Position numbers and translations under genes: made by a program. A DNA stretch of 64,000 nt from Eledone cirrhosa. Lineage: Eukaryota. Where the stretch lies: assembly GCA_964016885.1 (NCBI GenBank), contig OZ024740.1:292020001-292084000 (forward strand), in the 5' to 3' direction. Below, in pieces: positions 1 through 12,781 of this stretch. The notes beneath the pieces were generated by a model that made no database searches, was not told the DNA's origin, and was given only the letters and a program-made list of their open reading frames with translations. Position 1 is the stretch's first letter; every line of letters starts with the position of its first letter.

Positions 1-199
1 GTAAAACTTAAAACCAAAACTGAATACTAACCAATACAATTACTAATTCTCATTTATTCCTAATTAAACTATTTTTCACTGTGAACAATTTGTCAGCATT
101 TTCTATTCCGTTTACCAATATATATATATATACATATATAGTGAAAAATGGAACTGGAACAAAACAGAGAGGCAGTAGAAACAAAGGTTTATTTAGAGG

Positions 200-1040
200 A
201 CTCCGGTGGCTGAGTATGTATATATGTGGGGGTACGCACGTGTGTGTTGGTGTTTATACGTTTTGTGGATGTAGGTGGCGTGGTTCGAAAAAAAATTTGT
301 GTGTGTATGTCCGTGGGTAAGTTTCTAAGGTAGTTCCGTAGAGGGTGTGAAGGGGTGCCGGATATTTTCCATGTTATGGAGGGGATAGTGGGAACGATGG
401 CCAATGGTGTGTAATCCGTGGTAGTCGGAAGAGGGGAGATGTGGGGTGCATGCGCAACAGGAAGTGGTCAGAGGGTCAAGGCAGGATGAGGGTAGAGGAG
501 AATGACAGGTGGAGAGGACTGTGTCTGTGTGTGCGGAGAAGTGGTCAGAGGCTCAAGGCATAGCAGCAGTAGAGGAGAATGGCAGGTGGAGAAAGTCAGT
601 GTGTCTGTGTGTGCGGAGGTGTGGTGGACAGGGGAGAGGATGGGTAGGTGTGAAAGGTGGAGTGAGGAGGGGGTCATGCGGGGGATGGGGTGTGTGTTAG
701 TAGAGGTGTTAGTGGGATGTGTGTGTGTGTCTGTGTAGGGGTGTGGGTGGAGCGGGGAGAGGGAGAAAAAGGGTGTGGGGGACGGTGGAGCGAGTGTAGT
801 GTACTGGTGTGTGTATGTGTTTGGATGAGTGTGTGTGTGATGAAGGGGGTGTTAGTATACTAGTGGTGGGGAAAGGGTTGAATGCGGGTGTGTTAGTGGG
901 GGTCAGTGGTGGTAGGGTGTGTGTGTTCGTGTACGTGGGGTCGGGGGGATGTTAGTGGTATTAGTTGTGAGGTGGTTGAAGTGGATGTGTGGGTGAGGGT
1001 TAGTGGTGGTAGTAGGGTGTGTGGATAGTGTGAGTGCGTG
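200..1040. repeat. G/T-rich low-complexity tract
   Basis: Runs of GTGT/GGTG/GGGG with no convincing protein; ORFs here are compositional. Confidence 0.6.
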
Positions 1041-4000
1041 TAACATTCGTTTAATAACCTCGTATTTAAACACTGATTACTGTTATACGTTCGTTTAAAT
1101 TATGGTCGAATTTGTAGGTTTAGATTATAAAAAGATAACCTTCTCGTTATAACTTTTTCGGGAACATTCTTCCTTCTTCTTCTCCTCTACTCTGTCCCCC
1201 AATGCATTGTTTATAAGCCTACAGGTCCTCTCATACCCTCCCTCTCTCTCTCTCTCAGCAAGTATAAAATGAACCTGTCGGTTGTCAAAAATTTAAGAAT
1301 TCTTCGAATCTTCCTCCTTGCCGAAGGGACGTTTGACAAATGTAATGTATTTCAGGCCATTTTCTTGTCTCCCTGTGTTTTACACGGTCCATTTACTTAG
1401 AATCCAATCTTTCAATTTTATTCGATAATTCTGTCAGACCCTCAAAAACAATCTTCTTGTATTTAAACTCTGATTACTGTTATACGTTTGTTTAAATTAT
1501 GGTCAAATTTGTAGGTTTAGATTATAAAAAAATAACCTTCTCGTTAACTTCCCCATATCGTCCCGCACCCACTCGCCACCATTATTAGATGGTCCAATCA
1601 TAATTCAGCAGCTTATATGTTTCTCTTACCAATCTCTTTCACAAAACCACCACCTCGGCTATTCACTCCTTAAGTTTAAACCTGGTTGCCTTTGATAGGC
1701 TAGATGGACTGTAGAATTCTGAAGAGTACGAAGAATCTGGACACTCAAATGACAATGTCAAAGATAAAGATAAATTCACCTCATGTGGCCAGACGAAAAT
1801 GCAAGGATTCCTCTTTATTTCAGACATGGATGGCAAATATAACCCCATCTCCCTCACCCCTCCCTACACCTCCAACCCATCCCTTCCACCCACCAAACGA
1901 AATCCAAAACTTCAGAGTTGGTACCATGAATGTAGGCACTTTAAAAGGTCGCTCAAATGAGGTTGTAGAGATGCTTGAACGTAAGGAAGTTGATGTTTGC
2001 TGTGTTCAAGAGACTAGGTGGAGGTGTGGGTCTGCTAGATTCATTGTGGGTAAAAAATGATGCTATAAACTTTTCTGGGTGGGAAATGACAACGGACTGG
2101 GTGGAGTAGGAATTATGTTAGCAGAAAAATGAATAGATAAGGTAATTGACGTAAATAGAGTGAACAACAGAATAATCAAAATAAGACTTGTCCTAAATAG
2201 AACTACTGTGACAATAATATCCGCTTACGCACCCCAATCTGGACTGCCTGGTGTTATAAAAAACAGATTCTATGAGTCGTTAATGCTCACTACCTCCCAA
2301 CTGGCGACCTAAATGATCACGTTGGACAACACAGTGACAGCTATGACGGAATCCATGGAGGCTATGGGTTTGGTACCAGAAATGAGGAAGGCTTTAGAAT
2401 CCTGGAATTCTGTGACGCTAATAACCTAACTATCTGTAACACAAACTTCAAAAAACGAGACAATCACTTGATCACTTATAGATCAGGGGAACACGCCAGT
2501 CAGATAGATTATATTCTTACCAGAAGATGTGACAAAGTGTCTGTTGTAAACACTAAATCCCTCCCCCACGAAAAATGCACCTCCCAACATAACCTCATAG
2601 TTAGTGACCTCATAGTCAGGACGAGACATACTCGACAACAGAAAGGACTACCCTGAGGAGAAGAATATGGAAGTTAAAGCACCCCACAGCCAGTAACAAA
2701 TTTAAAAGCATATTACTTGATCCTTTTGACAGTAAGGTAGAGCAATTAGAGACGTACAGTATAGAGGAACAGTGGGAATTCCTGAAAGTTAACCTGCTGA
2801 AGGCGACAGATGAAATCTGTGGCTGGAGCAGACCTATAGGCAGAAGGAGAGTAACATGGTGGTGGAACAGTAAGGTGGATGAGTCAATCAAGGCCAAAAA
2901 GCAAGCTTGGAAAGTATGGCGGGATGGGGGAAGTAGAGAACACTATCAAGTGGCCAGGAAGGAAGCTAGGAGACAAGTGTACCTTGCAAGAAGGGAAGCA
3001 GAGGAAAGAAAGTACAAGCATGTTCTACAATGCATTGGTCACAGAAAAAGTCCTAAACATCAATTTTTTTTAAATTTTTTTTTTTAAACACTTTAGTCTT
3101 TATTGTGTTGTATCAGATGAAAGAATGGTATTTAACTAATGTATTGGTACGCGATGGGGCCCACCCACAGCCCCGGCGGACAGAATGGAGAAGGCGTCAG
3201 AGAGCGAATTGATCTAGATGAAATGCAGTTTCGGTTTGTGTCAGGTAAAAGTACCACAGACGCTCTTTTCCAGGAGAGGTACCTAGCTAAAAGTAAACCC
3301 TTAAACTTAACTTTTGTTGACTTGGAGAAAGCCTTTGACAGAGTCCCCTGTTCCATTATCTGGTGGGCTCTTAGAAAACTAGGTGTTGATGAATAACTTG
3401 TGAGAGCTATACAAGCCATTTATAAAGAAACGGTCGGCAAGGTTAGAATTAACAACGAATATAGTGAAGAATTTAGCGTAAAAGTTGTTCATCAGGGCTC
3501 TGTCCTTAGCCTCCTCCTATTTATTATTGCCCTTCAAGCTATAACAGAGGTTTTCAAGACAGGCTTCCCATGGGAACTTCTATATGCAGATGATCTAACG
3601 CTCATAGCTGAATCAATGGCTGAACTAGAGAAGAAATTAAAAACATGGAAGCATGGCCTAGAATCAAAAGGCCTTAAAGTTAATTTGTCTAAGACTAAAG
3701 TCCTAGTTTGTAGAAAGGAAAATAAGGCACAGGTACCCTCAGGGAAATGGCCTTGCTCAGTGTGTATGAAAGGAGTAGGCAGAAATTCAATTTCTTAGAA
3801 TCAAAAGGCCTTAAAATCAACTTGTCCAAAACTAAAGTTCTAGTATGTAGGAAGGAAAATAGGGCACTGGTCCCCTCTGGGAAATGGCCATGCTCAGTGT
3901 GTAGGAAAGGAGTAGGCAGAAACTCCATTTTATGTCCCAAATGCAAAGTATGGATGCATAAAAGTTGTAGTGGGATCATAGGTAAGCTAACTAAGAACAT

Positions 4001-5035
4001 AGATTTTATGTGGCCGGTGCTCAGGTGCAATAAGTAGCAGCAAGTGCCCACAGGATACTAGCTCCTTCCATTGCCCAGATGGTTCTTTAGAAATAGTGGA
4101 CACCTTCCGTTACCTGGGTGACAAAATCAGCAGTGGTGGAGGGTGCTCTGAAAGTACAGTAGCTAGAGTCAGAACGGGATGGAAACAGTTCAGAGAGCTT
4201 ATACCACCATTGGCCACTAAAGGTTTCTCTCTAAAAATGAAAGCAGACTGTATGATGCCTGCATACGAACAGCAATGCTACATGGCAGTGAGACATGGGC
4301 ATTGTGTGCAGAGGACCTGCGCAGACTGGAGAGGAACGAAGCATGCATGCTCCGTTGGATGTGTAATAGTAATATACATGAACGGCAAAGCATAAATGAA
4401 CTAAGTGAGAAATTAGGAATAAGAGGGATCAGATATTGTTTACTCAAGAAGACTACGTTGGTATGGCCACGTGATGCGCATGAAAGACGACAGCTGTATA
4501 AAAAAGATGGAAGCTACGGAGTTGGCAGACCCAGAAAAACCTGGGACGAATTGATAAATTCCGACCTTACACACTTACTCCTCTCCAAGACAATGTCACT
4601 GGACCGAGACTTTTTGCGTTACACAGTAATACAGAAGACCCGCCTTGCCTAAGTACAAAGCGAAACCTACAGTCAGTAGGCACCTCTTAACTAAAAATAC
4701 ACCCTCATCGTACTACCCCCACCCCCATCTACACCACCCCTTTCTCTGTAAACTTATGTTGGTAGCACAAATCCAGTCCTAATTAAATGAGGTCGTGTAG
4801 GTGTCACGACAAAAAAACACACAGTCCACGCTGTAATGTGGCCGTGTAGGTAACACGGTAAAAAACCTCCCAGTCTACACTGTAAACATGGTTGGTGTTA
4901 GGAAGGGCATCCAGTCGTAGAAAACCTGCCAGACAGTCCTATACGAGCAAGACAACCAATCCTGCCTCACGTGGGACAATTCCCGTTTAAACCCATGCTA
5001 GCGTGGAAGATGGACGTTAAACAATGATGATGATG

Positions 5036-5037
<2 letters not shown>
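1040..5037 (+). mobile_element. RTE-clade LINE, degenerate near-full-length copy (APE endonuclease + RT)
   Basis: APE motifs VGTMNVGTL, CCVQETRW, SQIDYIL; RT motifs FVDLEKAFDRVP, HQGSVLS, LLYADDL, FRYLG; stops and frameshifts; internal loss near 3030-3200; 3' tail (TGA)n at 5024-5037. 5' boundary approximate. Confidence 0.92.
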
Positions 5038-5071
<34 letters not shown>

Positions 5072-5176
5072 GGCGGCCGACCGGACAAGAAACTGCTAAA
5101 TGTCTGGCCGCCTACTTGTCTCTCTGCTTTTTAGCCCCATGGATTGTGTCTATTATATTCCTTTGCTAAATTTTGA

Positions 5177-5234
5177 ATACCTGATGATGTCACCGGATTC
5201 ATACTGAATCTGGTCATTGAAATGTTCATAGTAT
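5177..5234 (+). ncRNA. Type I hammerhead ribozyme candidate in a short pLTR-like unit (about 5069-5283) within (TA)n
   Basis: ATAC-CTGATGA-[ACCGGATTCA/TGAATCTGGT stem]-GAAA-TGTTCA-TA-GTAT; AUA cleavage triplet; AATAAA at 5235-5240. Confidence 0.65.
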
Positions 5235-5285
5235 AATAAACCTTTAAGGAATTACACCAGTCCAGCCTCCTGTTATTTTATAATA

Positions 5286-5311
<26 letters not shown>

Positions 5312-5316
<5 letters not shown>

Positions 5317-6579
5317 CTATAAAGCTGACGGCCGTATGTAGGTAACACTTTCTGCCAAACGGCTGGACCAAACATCTTCAAATTTGCACCATAGATGTAA
5401 CTTTTTCCAAGTAAAAAAGTGAGGGTATTTTTGTCTACTGAATTTTGTTAAAAGATTAAAGACATTATTTAAATATTCACTTCTTTAAAATTTCAAATGT
5501 CAACACTTCCGGTTATACGTCATTCCTGACTTTTTGTTATGACACCGCACAACATTCCCATCTTTTTCTGCATTAGATAACATTTTACAAAATATTTACT
5601 TCTGCGTTCAGACGGATTTTTTTAGTTTCAGAAGATCCCGTTAAGGGTGAAAGCAGCGATTCTTTGCTTAAACTTTAATCTGTTATTTTAATATATATAT
5701 TCGTGTACAGATATTTTTGCATACAAAAAAACAAAAACCTATTTATTTCACGAAAGCACAGACGGCTTATCGTTATTGTTACTGTTCGAGGTTAGAGGAC
5801 CACAGTCTTTCCAAGATCTGAGAACCATCAATGTTCCACTTAACGTTTGGATTGCCAGATGTGTGGTATGTTACACGATGACAGCCATTGGCACCTCACC
5901 CTGCAAGAAGCAGCAACTGGTAAAGTCCCTTCTCAGCTGTGAAAACTTTTTAAGATTATGCTGCACAACTGCAATCTCGCAGACACAATCCAAATGTAAC
6001 ATACGATGTCGTTTTCAATGAGGCACTCATTTGTCTTGAAAACAGTGTCCTGGACATTGGTAGTAGGCCTCTAAGTCACTATAGCTTACCTGCTCCTGAC
6101 AGGAGTGTCCAGAGGTCAACGTCTACAGAGCTTCTCCGCGAGATGAGCTATGAAATCAGTGATTCTCCCATTATCAATTGTATGTAGGATGCTCTAGGGT
6201 GAGCTCGCCAAACAATCTATTCATCTTTGCTCCGGAGGGCCGAACAAAAAATATTGTATACTCTGAGGCTCTAACGATGTAATTTAAATATTTTCTATTA
6301 CTTGGAATTTCCATTATGGTTGTAAAAATTATTGTTTGTTAAAAAATATGTTCTCTGTTCAGCCTTTATTGGTGTAACTATCAATTTTCTTTAACATACT
6401 GGCTGCTGAACTGGGGAATCCTAAAAACTATTCAAACCCAACATCAGAGCACGTTAACCCCACCCCCCTCGCTGACTCGAGAGGGCTTGTGGTATCTTTG
6501 CACTGGAGTATAGGGGGGATTCCTGAAAAGATAAAATGCCGGTATACCTAACCGGGCGCCAGCCGGACGGGCCAGCTAG
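5312..6579 (+). mobile_element. Non-autonomous Helitron with Rep/Pif1-helicase remnants
   Basis: 5' TATACTATAAAGCTG; remnants LLFEVRGPQSFQDLRTIN (about 5776) and FSHYQLYVGCSRVSSPNNLFIFAPEGRTKNIVYSEAL (about 6163-6275); 3' GC hairpin CCGGGCGCCAGCCGG then CTAG|T. Confidence 0.85.
5624..5674 (+). ncRNA. Hammerhead-like motif, CAGAAGA core variant (copy 1 of 3)
   Basis: AGTTT-CAGAAGA-T-CCC GTTAA GGG-T-GAAA-GCAGCGATTCTTTGC-TT-AAACT; helices I, II and III can all form; U4 replaced by A. Confidence 0.5.
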
Positions 6580-6600
6580 TATATTATATATATATATATA

Positions 6601-6847
6601 TCATCATCATCATCATTTCATTTTACGTCCGCTTCTCCCTGCTTGCAAGGGTGGGACGGGAACTGATTCTGGCTTGATTTCTACAGCTGGATGCCCTTCC
6701 TAACACCAACCTCATTTACAGTGAGTGCTGGGTGCTTTTTTGCCGTGGCACCTCCACGACCACTTTGCAGGGGAATGATATGGACCTCAGTCCCTATCAT
6801 CTCATTTCTACAGCTGAGTAAACTGGAGCAATGTGAGATAAAGTGTA
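6601..6847 (-). mobile_element. tRNA-derived SINE, 5'-truncated
   Basis: Reverse complement of the 3' part of the SINE at 12782-13113; (TGA)n tail. Confidence 0.85.
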
Positions 6848-6860
6848 TTATATATATATA

Positions 6861-7990
6861 TCTGGCCTCAAGGAGGTTTCCCTATCCATGAGGGTGCGCA
6901 CATCCCATGCGCCAAGAATCAAGTTCTTTCTATTATGTTGGTTTCACCAGCCACGGTAGACTGTCCGGCTTTGTGTGGGACGAGTATTTGATTAGGGCTT
7001 CTTTTATCACCCTTCCCCTCATGTGAGAGTGAACAGTGCTCCCCTGAAAAAGGCTGTTCAGTTGCTCGGTGGAACCCTTGATCTCCTCCGTCATCCCAGG
7101 GTCAGGAGGAGAACGACTTGTGCATCCAGGCCGCCCACGTGCGGGTTTGAGACTGGCAACTCCCAGAGGTTACCTCCACCTGTCACCTCCACCTCTTGCC
7201 CATCACCGCAGGGCTTTGGGAGTGCACGCTAAAGAAGAAACTTGTGCAGGAAAGGTTTATAGTGGGAGGGCCAGTGCACAGTGACGGTCCCACTCACTCG
7301 GCCGCAGAAGCCAGAATCCGGTGGTACGGAGGGCCGTAACGACCAGGGACTTCCTTGGCTGCAGTGGATGGCCACGACGTCTGTAGTGCCTTGCCGTGCC
7401 CTAGCGTTCCACACCGCTTGCTGTCACCGCCTTCATAACCGTTGGGACGATGTTGTCCTCCTCCACTCACTCCACTGGGTCCAGTCTTCGCATGCAGGGG
7501 CAGGCATCCTCTATCTAACTCACCGGGGGATTTCAGACCCGTCTGGCTACCCTCAACCTGGTTCGGCCCGCCAGCCAGGGCGGTTTACCGGGGTCTGGCC
7601 ACTGTCGCATGCTACAGCTTCTTGGGGCCACATGTGAGGGTTGAGTGTCAGGTGGGACCCAATGCAGGACGAGTTGTCCTGAAAAGGGCATGGCTAGCCC
7701 CCGCTACAGAGGTACATGCCCCTCCCTGACACCTCAGGCATATACACATACATACACATACATGTGTATATACATATTTACACATTTTTTTTGGGAACGC
7801 CGTTGACTCTTATCAGTTCTTCCGCCCTTTGTTAGGTTTTGTTTTTTGTCCTGCAGGGTGTCCAAAGACACCCTCCTCACCAAGTAAACTTGGTGGGGTT
7901 GCCGGCTTAGTCGCCGACGACCCAACCTTGCGACAGGTTGTACTGGTTTACATGTTACCAGTAGCACTCAAGAGTGACCGGACCTGAATA
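6861..7990. other. Unclassified GC-rich insert(s) ending in dense hairpin arrays
   Basis: GC-rich block between TA/CA microsatellites; nested stems at 7645-7732 and serial hairpins at 7855-7976; no recognisable protein motif. Confidence 0.4.
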
Positions 7991-10900
7991 TCATCGTCAT
8001 CATCATCATTCTTTAACGTCCACTTTCCACGCTAGCATGGGTTAGACGGGAGTTGTCCCACTTGAGGCAAGGTTGGTCGGGTTACTTTGTCTCGCTCATA
8101 TAGGACTATCTGGCAGGTTTTCTACGGCTGGATGCCCTTCCTAACACCAACCACATTTACAGTGTGGAACTGGGAACTTTTTACCGTGTCACCTACATGG
8201 CCGGCCACATTACAGCGTGGACTGTTTGTTTTTTTTCTCGTGACACCTACACGATCTCAATCTCATTTATCCCATTTATTTGGACTGGATGTTGTGGACC
8301 AACTTTTTAGAGAGAGGGTGGTGTTAGTGGGAGGATAGGATAGGGGTAGTGGATTGGGGTGTATATTTGGTTAAGAGGTGCCTACTGACCAGGTTTTGCT
8401 TTGTACATAGGCAAGGCGGGTCTTCTGTATTACTGCGTAGCGCCAAAGATCTCAGTCCAGTGACATTGTCTTAGAGAGGTGCAAGTGTGTAAGGTCGGAA
8501 TTTATCAGATCGTCCCAGGTTTTTCTGGGTCTACCTACTCCGTAACTACCATCAATTTTGATCGGCCTGCACTTTTTTATACAGCTGTCGTCTTTCATGC
8601 GCATCACGTGGCCATACCAACGTAGTCTTCTCGAATAAACAGCATCTGATCCCTCTTATTCCTAATTTCTCACTTAGTTCATTTATGCTTTTCCGTTCAC
8701 ATATATTACTATTACACATCCAACGGAGCATGCATGCTTCGTTCCTTTCCAGTCTGTGCAGGTCCTCTGCACGCAATGCTCATGTCTCACTGCCATGTAG
8801 CATTGCTGTTCATATACAGGCATCATACAATCTGCCTTTCATTTTTAGAGAGAAACCTTTTGTGGCCAACAGTGGTATAAGCTCTCTGAACCTTTCCCAT
8901 CCCGTTCTGACTCTGGCTACTGTACTTTCAGAACACCCTCCACCACTGCTGATTTTGTCACCCAGGTAACGGAAAGTGTCTACTATTTCTATAGAACCAT
9001 CTGGGCAATAGAAGGGGCTAGTATCCTGTGGACACTTGCTGTGGCACCTGAGCATCGGCCACATATAAAGTCTACGTTCTTAGATAGTTTACCCGTGATC
9101 CCACTACATCTTTTATGTACCCATACTTTGCATTTGGGACATAAAATTGAATTTCTGCCTACTCCTTTCATACACACTGAGCAAGGCCATTTCCCTGAGG
9201 GTACCTGTGCCTTATTTTCCTTTCTACAAACTAGGACTTTAGTCTTAGACAAATTAACTTTAAGGCCTTTTGATTCTAGGCCATGCTTCCATGTTTGGAA
9301 TTTCTTTTCTAGTTCAGCCATTGATTCAGCTATGAGCATTAGATCATCTGCATATAGGAGTTCCCATGGGCAGTCGGTCTTGAACTCCTCTGAAGGGAAA
9401 TAATAAATAGGAGGGGGCTAAGGACAGAGCATTGGTGAACACCAACTTTTACACTAAATTCTTCACAATATTCATTGTTAATTCTAACCTTACTGACTGT
9501 TTCTTTATACATGGCTTGTATAGCTCTCACAAGCCATTCAACACCTAGTTTTCTAAGAGCCCACCAGATAATGGAACGGGGGACTCTGTCAAAGGCTTTT
9601 TCCAGGTCTACAAAAGCTAAGTAGAGGGGTTTACTTTTAGCTAGGTACTTCTCTTGTAGTTGTCGTACAAGGAAAAGAGCGTATGTGGTACTTTTACCTG
9701 ACACAAACCCAAACTGCATTTCATCTAGATCAATTCGCTCTCTGATTAGTTGCGCTAAAACTCTTTCTGTGACCTTCATGACCTGGTCAACTAACTTAAT
9801 GCCTCTATATTTTCCTCTATCTAGAGCACCTCCTTTACTCGTGTAGCAGTTAATGATGATGCTGCTACGCCATTCTGTATTACTTGGTTAACTATACGGG
9901 TGACCATAGTATGTCCCACCATTCCAGATGCCTTCAACATCTCAGCAACTATCTCCAAAGGCCAAGCTGCCTTGCCTGTCTTCATATCTTTGATTGCCTT
10001 ACTTATTATACTACCTTTAACTTGCACCGCTGGTCCTTCTATTGGATCGATTTGGGGCAGACTATCTTTTTCCTATTTATTCTCCTCATTTAATAGTCTC
10101 TCGCAGTGACACTTCCAAGCTATCTTCTTATCAGTATCAGTGAGGGCAAGTACACCGTTATCATTACGGACACACTTCTCCCCGACAATATCACGATTTT
10201 CCTTGACACATTGTCTAGCAATTCTGAACACCTCGCGTTTTTGGTCCTCGCGTTGTAGAACATACTTGAACTTTCTATCCTCTGCTTCCCTTTTTGCAAG
10301 TACACTTGTTTTTGCCTAGCTTTTCCCCTGGCCACTTGATAGTGCTCTCTACTTCCCCCATCCTGCCTTACTTTCCAAGCCTGCTTTTTGGCCTTGATTG
10401 TCTCTTCTACCTTACTCTTCCACCACCAAGTTACTCTCCTCCTGCCAATAGGTCTGCTCCAGCCACAGATTTCATCCGTTGCTTTCAGCAGGTTCACTTT
10501 CAGGAATTCCCACTGTTCCTCTATATCGCACGTCTCTAATTGCTCTTCCTTATTGTCAAAGGCATCAAGTAATAAGCTTTTAAATTTGTCACTGACTATG
10601 GGATCCTTCAACTTCCGTATTCTTCTTCTCAAGGTAGGCCTCCTCTGTTGGCGAGTACCTCTATTCCTGACTTTGAGGAGGTCACTAACTACTAGGCTAT
10701 GTTGGGAGGTGCATTCTTCACGGGGGAGCGATTTAGTGTTTACAACTGACACTTTGTCCCGTCTTCTAGTAAGGATATAATCTATCTGGCTGGCATGTAC
10801 CCCTGATCTATAGGTGATCAAGTGGTTTCACGTTTTTTGAAGTTTGTGTTACAGATAGTTAGGTTATTGGCGTCACAGAAATCCAGGATTCTGAAGCCTT

Positions 10901-11467
10901 CCTCATTTCTATTTCCAACCCCATAGCCTCCATGGATTCCATCATAGCCAGCAATAATAGGTAGTCGCTGTCGGTTATTTGGGAGGTAGTGTGCATTAGC
11001 GTCTCATAGAACCTGTCCTTTATAACGTCAAGTAGACCAGATTGGGCTGCGTAAGTGGATATTATTGTCACAGTAGTTTTATTTAGAACTAGCCTTATTT
11101 TAATTATTCTGTCATTTACTCTATTTACATCAATTACCTTATCTACCCATTTTTCAGCTAACATAATTCCTATTCCACCCAGTCCATTGTCGTTTCCCAC
11201 CCAGAAAAGTTTATAGCATTGTTTTTTTACCCACGATGAATCTGGCAACCCCCCTCTCCACCTAGTCTCTTGAATACAACAAACATTAACTTCTTTGCTG
11301 ACAAGCATCTCTACAACCTCATTTGAGCGACCTTTCAATGTGCCTACGTTCATGGTACCAACTCTGAAGTTGGGAGGGAGGTGTAGGAGACGGAATTTTG
11401 TTGGTCATCCGTGTCTGAAATAAAGAGGGGTCCTTGTATTCTCGTCTTGCAGCGGGAGGTGAATTTA
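7990..11467 (-). mobile_element. RTE-clade LINE, degenerate copy
   Basis: Minus-strand ORF fragments with MNVGTLKG, SQIDYIL, FVDLEKAFDRVP, KWPCSVC...HKRC, FRYLG; (TGA)n tail at about 7990-8010. Confidence 0.93.
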
Positions 11468-11479
11468 ATATATATATAT

Positions 11480-12675
11480 ATATAAATGAAAGGATTACAA
11501 AGGAGAATATATACTGTCAGAACATGTTTATATAAAAGCACCTACGTACGTTTCGCCCGAAAAGGGCTTCTCAAGGGCATAGAAAACTACAGTGTGTTCG
11601 GTACAGGACCTAGAAAGGGTTTTAAAGTGATACATACATCAAAGTTCATTCTTAGTTAAAACATATACGTTGTTATTGACCCAGAGCAAGGGGAGTATCT
11701 CTGGCCGGTGTTTGAATAATTGTCCTCAAAGGGCTTATTACCCGTTCACATGATGGTGGTTTTCCATTACTAATTTGTCAATTCAGGCAGGGTCTGAGAT
11801 GCATAGTTGGTGCACAGATGTTTATTTGCGTATCCTACCCACCGGAGTGTTACGGTTTGGTGCAGGGGGACCCAGTTTATGGTTTTCAGGTCTCTGTTAC
11901 TTCCCACCCGAAGAAAGACTGCTGTATCCTGTGTCTGCAGTTTATCACCGATTCTGCTCTGCTGTTGATGAGTTCGAGGGGTGCTCTTATGATATGGTAA
12001 AGTTCCATGAGGCAGAGCTCGCATTTCCTCTTGAAATTGTACGGTGCTGCCCTGCTGATAATTTCCCAGTGTGTGGAGAAGCTGATGTTGGAGTCTTTTA
12101 ATGTTGTGATGTAATTGGCGAGTGACGTGGAGTGTCTTAGTTTCTTGTCTCTAAGTGGAGATGTGTTCTAAATCTAGTTTTGAACGGGCCAGAAGTGGCC
12201 CCTATATAATGTTTAACGCTATTATGGCTAGTTATGGTGCACCTATAAATAACACTATCTGTCAGGCAACTTCCCCTAAGCGGGCACCTTTCCCGGTCCT
12301 GACAGTTGCATTTATGGTCACGGTCGCTCCTGGTGCCCGAAGTCAAGCTATTACTGTTGCTACCTATGTTATTATCCACGCCACCGCCTCTATCTCTGTA
12401 GTTAGTACTATTATATCCTATGGCGTGCTGGGTAGTACCATTATTGCTCCGTACGCCGCAGCACCTTCTGTTGCTGCTGCGTGACCCGTACAGGTCACCA
12501 GCATTTGTAACCGCTCTGCTTACCTTCTCAGCTGCTAAATATTAAATCTTCCAATATTTAACCCTGTAGGCACAAGTATTGAGCACAAATGCACAATCTT
12601 TTGGCAACTAACTATATGTATCGCTTATCCCTTTAAACCTCTTCTTCTTCTCTCTCACGATACTTAAATATTCTC
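11480..12675 (-). mobile_element. Penelope-like element 3' fragment (GIY-YIG endonuclease + pLTR)
   Basis: CNCQDRERCPLRGSCLTDSVIYRCTIT...HYIGATSGPFKTRFRTH (12137-12379), a Cys-linker plus GIY-YIG; hammerhead at the 3' end; 12530-12670 resembles 16425-16560. Confidence 0.85.
11538..11579 (-). ncRNA. Type I hammerhead ribozyme candidate, U3-A8 core variant
   Basis: Reverse complement: GCCC-TTGAGAA-GCCC TTTTC GGGC-GAAA-CGTACG-TA-GGTGC; palindromic helix III, GUA triplet. Confidence 0.7.
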
Positions 12676-12781
12676 TCTCTCTATATATAATATATATATA
12701 TAATATATATATATAATATATATATATAATATATATATAATATTTATATATATAATATATATATATATTATGTATATATAT

